This document shows positions 49,890-56,675 of a stretch of 64,000 nucleotides of DNA, piece after piece; position 1 is the stretch's first letter, and every line of letters begins with the position of its first letter. The stretch is taken from positions 3,349-67,348 of the forward strand of contig CAVKYE010000005.1 in the NCBI GenBank assembly GCA_963660615.1, in the 5' to 3' direction. The stretch is from Vescimonas coprocola (lineage in GTDB: Bacteria; Bacillota_I; Bacilli_A; RF39; UBA660). A model generated the notes under the pieces. The model worked only from the letters and a program-made list of their open reading frames with translations, was not told where the DNA came from and did not search any database. The position numbers and the translations under genes were made by a program.

Positions 49890-50873
49890 ATGGAAGTGGT
49901 TAATGCGACTTCAGAAGACGGTTTTGGAGTGCTTAAAAGTTTGAGTGATAGTGAAACTGAAAAATTTACAGATAAATTTATATCTGATTTGAAAGCTTTG
50001 ATAAGTGTAGAGACAGATAATTCAATCGATGAAGAGGAAAGAAAAGAGGCAATAGAAGAAATAAATATTAATTTAGGTGTTATGTTTGAATATGAACGAG
50101 AAAGAGATATTTTTATTCGAAAATTAAAGGATGGATTTTCTGACTGGATGCAAAGGTTTTCTACTTATTATTGGGATGGTTGTAAGTTTATATCAGGTAA
50201 TCTTTCATCACCAGAAATATTATTTGGTATAAGAAAACTTTTAGAAAATAATAAAAGTGATTTTGCGAATGCTATTAGAGAGGCTGGAATAGAATTGGCT
50301 CAAGAAGAACTAAAGGCCTCTAAATCTGCTGAAATAATGACCATCATTGGTAACGACGATGAAGCAAAATTGCAGAACGAAATAAATCAGTTAAACTTAC
50401 AAAATGCAATAGTTCAGACGAGGTTTGAAAACTCAGAATCGAAAGAAAATGAACTATTTAAATTACAAGATCAGTTTAGAAAGAAAGAAATAAGCCCTGT
50501 AGAGTATTCTAAGCAAAAACAAATAATTGAATTAAATATTGAAGCTGACAATTTAAGGCGGGAACTACAAGATGCCAAGTACTTATGGAAATGGGGAGAG
50601 AAAGAAGCACAATTAGCATCACAAGATGTAACTGAAGAGTGTGTAGAAGCAAAAAGCACATACATATTAAAAAATTTAGAAATTGAGAAAATACATGCTC
50701 AACTGGCTTTCTTAAATGGTGAAATTTCTCCTCAGGAGTATAGTGAAGAACTACGCGGAATAGACAAAAGAATAGAAAATCATCTTCGCATTAATGCCAT
50801 GAATAATTATTTTCCACAAGAAAATACATTTTATGATGATCAAACAGTAAGCAAAGGTGGAAGGGGTAGATAG
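49890..50873 (+). CDS. hypothetical acidic coiled-coil protein, paralog A
   Basis: RBS GGAGTGA. No signal peptide. E/K/Q-rich heptad-like middle. N-terminal 146 aa identical to paralog B and related C-terminal tail (FPQE..YDDQT.SKG). Confidence 0.75.
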   Translation: MEVVNATSEDGFGVLKSLSDSETEKFTDKFISDLKALISVETDNSIDEEERKEAIEEININLGVMFEYERERDIFIRKLKDGFSDWMQRFSTYYWDGCKFISGNLSSPEILFGIRKLLENNKSDFANAIREAGIELAQEELKASKSAEIMTIIGNDDEAKLQNEINQLNLQNAIVQTRFENSESKENELFKLQDQFRKKEISPVEYSKQKQIIELNIEADNLRRELQDAKYLWKWGEKEAQLASQDVTEECVEAKSTYILKNLEIEKIHAQLAFLNGEISPQEYSEELRGIDKRIENHLRINAMNNYFPQENTFYDDQTVSKGGRGR

Positions 50874-50934
50874 AATTAAAAGCTAATCACTTAGTAGCCA
50901 AGTTCAATATGTTGTCGTTCTAGTACAAATAAAA

Positions 50935-51233
50935 TAAATGATAAATCATTGAAAAAAGTTATAAATAAAATCATAGATTGTGATTTAAATTTTGTGATGA
51001 AGATTAATAGTTATGATGGAAATAAATAGTGTATAGAAAATTAGGATGCTAGAAGAAAAGCATTAGCATTCTTACAAAATGATAAAGCGACTGTTAAAAA
51101 AGTATTTGATGACTTAGCTGTTCGTTATGCTACTAGAAATGGTGGTTATACTAGAATTTTGAAATTAGACGAACGTAGAGGCGATGATGCTTTAATGGTT
51201 CAAATTGAATTAGTTGAAGGAGATACTAAATAG
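50935..51233 (+). pseudogene. decayed rpoA 3' end plus internally deleted rplQ copy
   Basis: 50940-51046 is a diverged copy of 49270-49378 (RBS AGGAGG to ATGATGG, ATG GCT to ATA GTG). It is joined to an exact copy of rplQ nt 49528-49714. A 149-bp deletion lies between ATTAG microhomologies. Confidence 0.8.
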
Positions 51234-51847
51234 TATCTTTTTTCTTTACGTAAAGTGTGTTTTTTATAATGATTTATGGAAAATATTACTTGTTTTTTTT
51301 TTTTTTTTTGATATCCTTTAAAAGGAAGGACTAGATATTTAAAAATAAGAAGCAAATAAAATATGAATAAATATATAGTCATGTAAAAAGAAATGGAGTG
51401 ATTAAATAATGGAAGTGGTTAATGCGACTTCAGAAGACGGTTTTGGAGTGCTTAAAAGTTTGAGTGATAGTGAAACTGAAAAATTTACAGATAAATTTAT
51501 ATCTGATTTGAAAGCTTTGATAAGTGTAGAGACAGATAATTCAATCGATGAAGAGGAAAGAAAAGAGGCAATAGAAGAAATAAATATTAATTTAGGTGTT
51601 ATGTTTGAATATGAACGAGAAAGAGATATTTTTATTCGAAAATTAAAGGATGGATTTTCTGACTGGATGCAAAGGTTTTCTACTTATTATTGGGATGGTT
51701 GTAAGTTTATATCAGGTAATCTTTCATCACCAGAAATATTATTTGGTATAAGAAAACTTTTAGAAAATAATAAAAGTGATTTTGCGAATGCTATTAGAGA
51801 GGCTGGAATAGAATTGGCTCAAGAAGAACTAAAGGCCTCTAAATCTG
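51047..51847. repeat. 801-bp tandem-duplication block, copy B
   Basis: See copy A. Confidence 0.9.
51269..51317 (+). promoter_or_regulatory. shared upstream element with T17 tract (copy of 49750-49798)
   Basis: T17 at 51293-51309. Confidence 0.5.
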
Positions 51848-52410
51848 ATGAGGTTAATGCTTATATTGGTGATAATAAAGAAAGCAAATTACAAAATGAA
51901 ATAAACCAACTATTATTACAAAATGATATAGCACAGATGCAAATTGAAATTCGAAAAATGAACTTATTTGACCAATCACACCAATTAATTATTCAAAGGA
52001 AAAGTGAAAAAATAAAAACTTTGGAATATTCAAAACAACAAAAATTAATTGATTTAAAAATAGAAGGTTGTATTTTGGAACAGGAAGCACGAAATTATTT
52101 TACAGAATATCATATATATGCAAAACGAATTCAATTAGGAGATATTGAAGTGCATCTTGGTAGGAAATTAGCCGCTGAAAATAGGCACGATTACAAATTA
52201 AGAAGTTTAGAAAAGGAACAAATAGAAGTACAAGAAATTTATCTAAGTGGAGGTTGTTCTATTCAGGACTATCAAGAGGACATAAGAGAAATAGATAAAA
52301 AAATAGAAATAGAAAATAATAGGCATGCCAATTTTATGCAAACATTTTTTCCACAAGAACAACCTATTTATGATGATCAAACAGCAAGCAAAGGTGAAAG
52401 ACATAGATAG
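51409..52410 (+). CDS. hypothetical acidic coiled-coil protein, paralog B
   Basis: See paralog A. The middle ~150 aa have diverged. Confidence 0.75.
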   Translation: MEVVNATSEDGFGVLKSLSDSETEKFTDKFISDLKALISVETDNSIDEEERKEAIEEININLGVMFEYERERDIFIRKLKDGFSDWMQRFSTYYWDGCKFISGNLSSPEILFGIRKLLENNKSDFANAIREAGIELAQEELKASKSDEVNAYIGDNKESKLQNEINQLLLQNDIAQMQIEIRKMNLFDQSHQLIIQRKSEKIKTLEYSKQQKLIDLKIEGCILEQEARNYFTEYHIYAKRIQLGDIEVHLGRKLAAENRHDYKLRSLEKEQIEVQEIYLSGGCSIQDYQEDIREIDKKIEIENNRHANFMQTFFPQEQPIYDDQTASKGERHR

Positions 52411-52482
52411 TATTAAAATATATTTAATGAAATTTATAATATTAATTAAAAATAAATATATTTCAAAAGTGTTATAAAGAGG

Positions 52483-52520
52483 CTAAGTAGAAATAAATGG
52501 TTTCTATTTAGTCTTTTTTT
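52483..52520 (+). terminator. rho-independent terminator
   Basis: CTAAGTAGAAA-loop-TTTCTATTTAG (one G:T pair), then TCTTTTTTT. Confidence 0.6.
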
Positions 52521-52552
52521 ACTACCCATTTACTAAGTTTTACACACAATAC

Positions 52553-52602
52553 ATGATTTATGGAAAATATTACTTGTTTTTTTTTTTTTTTTTTGATATA
52601 GT
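52553..52602 (+). promoter_or_regulatory. shared upstream element with T18 tract forming a near-optimal promoter
   Basis: TTGTTT (52574-52579), 17-nt spacer made of T15+GA, TGaTATAGT (-10 at 52597-52602). T18 spans 52577-52594. Confidence 0.6.
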
Positions 52603-52629
52603 GGTGATGTGGATGAAAGGAGAGATTTG

Positions 52630-53250
52630 ATGGCTAAGTTTTTTGAAAGGTTTGGTTCTTTGGTTCCAGGACACAAAAAAAGAAATTTTTTAAAGGTAAT
52701 TGATGCTTATAATTCTGGACTTATTTCTTATAAGGTGCTTTTTGATAATGTTGAGAATATGCCTAAGGGATTAGAAAATGATAAGGATATTGCTTTAAAA
52801 TTACTAAGTACTTCTGGAGAATTTTATGGTATGTTTTCTAAAAAGGTTAGAAATAATCCGAAAGTTATTATGGCAGCGGTTTCTAGTTATGGTGATAATT
52901 TGAGGAATGTCCCTTTAAAATATAGGAATAATAAAGATGTTGTTCTTGCGGCTATGTCTAATAATGTTTTAGCTTATGAGTTTGCTAGTGATGAAGTTAA
53001 AAAAGATGCTGCTGTTAGAAATTATGCTAAAAATCATAGGAGAGAAGCTATTGCTAATATGAAAACTTTACGGGTTGAAGAAGATGATAAATCTAATTCT
53101 AACAAAGGTGTTTCTAAGGTAGATCGTTTTGATGATGTATTTGTTTCTGATTTTTCAAAGACTCCTGTTATTCTTGATGAGATGATGGTTGAAACTGATA
53201 ATTTTACTTTGAATTCTTCTGATTCAAGTAAAAGTTTTAAATCTAGATAA
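52630..53250 (+). CDS. DUF4116-like repeat protein
   Basis: ATG after AAAGGAGAG. Repeats of the type D.DI.LKLL.., NPKVIMAAVSSYGDNLRNVP, NKDVVLAAMSNNVLAYEFAS. Confidence 0.65.
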   Translation: MAKFFERFGSLVPGHKKRNFLKVIDAYNSGLISYKVLFDNVENMPKGLENDKDIALKLLSTSGEFYGMFSKKVRNNPKVIMAAVSSYGDNLRNVPLKYRNNKDVVLAAMSNNVLAYEFASDEVKKDAAVRNYAKNHRREAIANMKTLRVEEDDKSNSNKGVSKVDRFDDVFVSDFSKTPVILDEMMVETDNFTLNSSDSSKSFKSR

Positions 53251-53273
53251 ATTATTTTTATTATTTAAATATT

Positions 53274-53294
53274 GATACTTTTGTATCTTTTTTT
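53274..53294 (+). terminator. rho-independent terminator
   Basis: GATAC-TTTT-GTATC plus T7. The same hairpin recurs at 55223. Confidence 0.55.
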
Positions 53295-53312
53295 GTATAA
53301 AATGTTTTTGTT

Positions 53313-53366
53313 ATGATTTATGAGATATAATTTTAACTTGCATTATTTTTTATTGTGTGATATAGT
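53313..53366 (+). promoter_or_regulatory. diverged copy of the shared upstream element; good sigma-A promoter
   Basis: ATGATTTATGAGATATAA.., TTGCAT (53338-53343), 17-nt spacer with an interrupted T tract, TGaTATAGT (53361-53366). Confidence 0.55.
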
Positions 53367-53393
53367 ATTTGCGTGTTTTTTGGGGGGATATAT

Positions 53394-55220
53394 ATGGATG
53401 AGAAAACTTATGGAGAGTTAATTGGGGCTGATGAGGATAAGGTTATTTCTGATTTTATGCGGTTAATGGATCTTGGGCTGGTACAGGAATTTGATGGTAA
53501 ACGATGTGTTTTTGAAACTATGTCAAATGGTGTTTTAAGATCTATTAATGATCTTAAGGAAATAGAACTTGCTTTAAAAGTTGCTGATGAAGTCTTTTCT
53601 CAAAAGAACGATGAGGCTGATAGAATTTTATATGCTATTATGAAAACTCAAGATAAGTATAATGAAAAGGAACATTTGTCTTTTAATGCAGAGGCTATTT
53701 TTAATTGTTTTCGTGAAATTAAAAATGGTATTATGTTTGTTACTCGTAATGGTGATGCTAGAGAAATTGTTTCCAATGTTATTAACAAAAACTTATATGA
53801 TTTGGATTTTGAGGAGCGTGTTCGAACTAAGGCTAAGGTTTTTTTAACAGAACGTAGTTTTAAAGATAGGGTAGACAAGGATTGGAGGCCTACTTGGCGT
53901 TTTGCGTGTATTTCACTGGAAGATATTGGCTTTTTAATAGATGTTGTTCATTTAAATTATAAAATGATTGTTGAACTTGATAAAAGTATTGATTTATTTA
54001 AAGAAAAACCGATAAATAGAAATAATTTTAATTATTTTCCTAAAGTTTCATTAATATATGCTATATCATGTATGGAACAGTTTATATCGGATAAGAGAAA
54101 GTTAGAAAATTTATCACCTAGTTCACTTTTTCATAAGAATTTAGATGAACTTAAGGAAATTGCTTATAACCTTCGTACTTATGTAGAATCTGTAGGTAAA
54201 TTACCTGTGTTAAAAAAAGATGCTAATAATAAATTTAGTAATCTTATTGAGAAAGATTATTTACGTGTAAGGGCATTTGATAATGACTTATCAAAAGTTA
54301 ATGAGACAGTTTTTGAAGATATGAATTTTAATAATTCTAGTGTTAATGGGCAAGGTGCTAATTCTATGAGTTCTTTTGGACGTGAAGAAAATCCTATTCT
54401 TGATAGTGCTTCTTTTGGTGGTAATGCTGTTAATAAAGGTTCTTATAATGATGATTGTGTAATTACTGCGGAACATCCTTCTTTGAATGGCGTTAAGCTT
54501 TTGGTCGTTGCTGATGGTGTTGGTGGTAGTGAAAATGGTTATCTTGCGTCTACTTTATTTTCTGTTGATATGCATAATTGGTTTAATAATTTGACTGTTT
54601 CTGATTTACAGAATAATGATGTTAGTGTTCTTTTGACGAATGCTATTAAGGCATCGGATAGGCATATTGCAGATGTTTATTCTAATATGCGTCCTAGTCC
54701 TTGTACTGTTGCTTCTTGCATTTTAATAACTAATGATAATACTTATGTTAGTAGTGTTGGTGATACTAGGGTTTATTTGGAGAAAAGTGGACAGTTAAAT
54801 CCTATTAAGAGGTGTGAAAATCATTTGGATAAGGCTAATAAATTAGGTGTGGATATTTTGTTTGATGATGTTGAGACAGCAAGTAGGGCACCAGAGGGTT
54901 ATATTGGTTATGGATCTTCTAAGTGGTATTATTGTGATCCTATGGTTGATGTGATACCGACTGCTAGTTATGATGGTATTTTGGCGGTTACTGATGGTGT
55001 TTATAAGGATGTTGATGATACTAATTTGAATGCAATATTTGAGGGATGTTATTCTGATGATGTTGCTGAAAGTATTTGTGCTTTGGCTCATCATGGTGAG
55101 ATTTCTCCTATTTATGATAATATTGGTTATCATAAGACTGATGCTGGACTTAGGTTACATGATGATGCTTCTGTGGCTGTTTATAAGAAATATGCTAAGG
55201 TTAGAACTTATGAGTACTAA
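53394..55220 (+). CDS. PP2C-family Ser/Thr phosphatase domain with ~370-aa unknown N-terminal region
   Basis: VVADGVGGSENGYLAS, SVGDTRVY, LAVTDGVY and C-terminal DDASV motifs in PP2C order. ATG after TGGGGGGA. Confidence 0.7.
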   Translation: MDEKTYGELIGADEDKVISDFMRLMDLGLVQEFDGKRCVFETMSNGVLRSINDLKEIELALKVADEVFSQKNDEADRILYAIMKTQDKYNEKEHLSFNAEAIFNCFREIKNGIMFVTRNGDAREIVSNVINKNLYDLDFEERVRTKAKVFLTERSFKDRVDKDWRPTWRFACISLEDIGFLIDVVHLNYKMIVELDKSIDLFKEKPINRNNFNYFPKVSLIYAISCMEQFISDKRKLENLSPSSLFHKNLDELKEIAYNLRTYVESVGKLPVLKKDANNKFSNLIEKDYLRVRAFDNDLSKVNETVFEDMNFNNSSVNGQGANSMSSFGREENPILDSASFGGNAVNKGSYNDDCVITAEHPSLNGVKLLVVADGVGGSENGYLASTLFSVDMHNWFNNLTVSDLQNNDVSVLLTNAIKASDRHIADVYSNMRPSPCTVASCILITNDNTYVSSVGDTRVYLEKSGQLNPIKRCENHLDKANKLGVDILFDDVETASRAPEGYIGYGSSKWYYCDPMVDVIPTASYDGILAVTDGVYKDVDDTNLNAIFEGCYSDDVAESICALAHHGEISPIYDNIGYHKTDAGLRLHDDASVAVYKKYAKVRTYEY

Positions 55221-55222
55221 TG

Positions 55223-55243
55223 GATACTTTTGTATCTTTTTTT
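55223..55243 (+). terminator. rho-independent terminator
   Basis: GATAC-TTTT-GTATC plus T7. Confidence 0.55.
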
Positions 55244-55261
55244 AGTAAAATGTTTTTTGTT

Positions 55262-55318
55262 ATGATTTATGGAAAATATTACTTGTTTTATTTTTTGTTA
55301 TGTGGTACTCTATATACT
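55262..55318 (+). promoter_or_regulatory. shared upstream element, T tract interrupted
   Basis: ATGATTTATGGAAAATATTACTTGT + TTTATTTTTTGTT.., TATATACT further downstream. The geometry is unclear. Confidence 0.35.
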
Positions 55319-55331
55319 CGAGGTGATTTTT

Positions 55332-56558
55332 ATGCAAAAAAATCAAAAATATTGGTACGAGTTTATTTATAATGGTGGTAGTCTTTGGGTTGTTCCAGAG
55401 AGTTTTGTTACTCAGAAAATGCGATCTTTTTATTTTAAAAACTGTCATTTGTCTAAAGTTTATGCGGAATGTTTTGAATCAAATAGATTTGATATGTTTT
55501 CGGAGACTCAAAGGGAACAAATGATGAGTGAGGAATATTTTTTTAAGACTGGTGATTTAACTTTAATTCCTTCTAAATGTGTGACTGAAAAGATGGCTAA
55601 CAGTTTTATAAATAATGGTGGGGATATTTCTTTGGTTCCTTTAGATGTGTTATCTTTTGATATGTGCCTTAAGTATGTATCTATGGGGGGTAATATAAAT
55701 AATGTTCCATCTAAGTTTAGAACTCGGAAATTATATGATTTGTGTTTTTCTAAGTTGAGGAATATTTCTTTGATTCCAGATAAATATAAAACTCCTTCTA
55801 TGGAGAAGACTGTTTCTTTAGCTAGGGGTAAAATGGGGAGGTTATATAGTCTTTTATATGATGATTTAATTAATCTTTCTGATGGTGAAATGAAATTGGA
55901 TGATTTTTGTGATAAGTTTAATTTTACTGATTCTGAAATGAGAAGACTTATTGAATTAATTGGTAAGGTTGATATTGATTTATATGAAAAAATAAATGGT
56001 TTATTTTTAAAGAAACAAGAAGATTATGATGCTATTATGATGGAAAAGGCTAAGGGTATTGAAAGTATGGTGGAAAAGTTTAATCTTGATGATTTTAATG
56101 TAATTTCTTCTTCACAGAAAATTGAGTTTGCTTATGAATTTTATGCTAAGGCGCCATTTTGTTCTATTGATGAGATGTGGAATTTTTTGAATGTTCATTT
56201 TGATGAAAGTAATTTGGCTGTTTTGTTTTTTAGAAGAACTCTTAAGTTTGGACAACAGGTTCAGCCTTTAAAGTGGTTAGAGGAATATAATTTGTGTGAG
56301 AGTATGGGACCTAGCGAAAGACCTGGTGTTTTAAAGTTCTTGGCGGAAACTGGTGATATTAGAACTGTAACTAGAACTGAGGTTGATTTTCTTTTGGATG
56401 TGCTTGATTCTTTTGAGGTTCCACTTAAAAATTGTATTGTTAAAGAGGCTATAAGGCAGTATGCTGTTGGTGATTTGGATAAATTTTTGGATGATTTAAA
56501 AGGGAATGATGATTTTGAAAATGTGTCTAATTCTGTTTTTTCTAAGAATATTAAATGA
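55332..56558 (+). CDS. hypothetical repeat protein
   Basis: ATG after GAGGTGA. Five ~23-aa repeats of the type (N)GG.h..hP..hhT.KM (NGGSLWVVPESFVTQKM, KTGDLTLIPSKCVTEKM, NGGDISLVPLDVLSFDM, MGGNINNVPSKFRTRKL, LRNISLIPDKYKTPSM). Confidence 0.65.
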   Translation: MQKNQKYWYEFIYNGGSLWVVPESFVTQKMRSFYFKNCHLSKVYAECFESNRFDMFSETQREQMMSEEYFFKTGDLTLIPSKCVTEKMANSFINNGGDISLVPLDVLSFDMCLKYVSMGGNINNVPSKFRTRKLYDLCFSKLRNISLIPDKYKTPSMEKTVSLARGKMGRLYSLLYDDLINLSDGEMKLDDFCDKFNFTDSEMRRLIELIGKVDIDLYEKINGLFLKKQEDYDAIMMEKAKGIESMVEKFNLDDFNVISSSQKIEFAYEFYAKAPFCSIDEMWNFLNVHFDESNLAVLFFRRTLKFGQQVQPLKWLEEYNLCESMGPSERPGVLKFLAETGDIRTVTRTEVDFLLDVLDSFEVPLKNCIVKEAIRQYAVGDLDKFLDDLKGNDDFENVSNSVFSKNIK

Positions 56559-56644
56559 TATTCTTTTTTATTTACGTAAAGTTTGTTATTTTTTAAATAT
56601 ATTACCAAAAAACATTGTTTTTTTGTTTTTGACTGATTTTTTGT

Positions 56645-56675
56645 TTAAAAAAAGAATTACTAACTCGTAATTCTT
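56645..56675 (-). terminator. terminator of the arylsulfotransferase gene (bidirectional-looking hairpin)
   Basis: AAGAATTAC-TAACTC-GTAATTCTT with T7 on the minus strand. Confidence 0.6.

Larger units (their letters stand above)
49528..50328. repeat. 801-bp tandem-duplication block, copy A (rplQ 3' end, intergenic region, first 146 codons of the downstream gene)
   Basis: Constant offset of 1519 nt to copy B. Translations on both strands are identical (146 aa on +, a 60-aa shadow ORF on -). The rplQ tail compares identical by eye. Confidence 0.9.

Noticed and set aside
6264-55318. CRISPR-like array formed by the repeated 25-nt element
   Set aside because: The copies are 0.6-43 kb apart, irregularly spaced, and each sits upstream of a gene. 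They behave as promoter-associated elements, not as CRISPR repeats.
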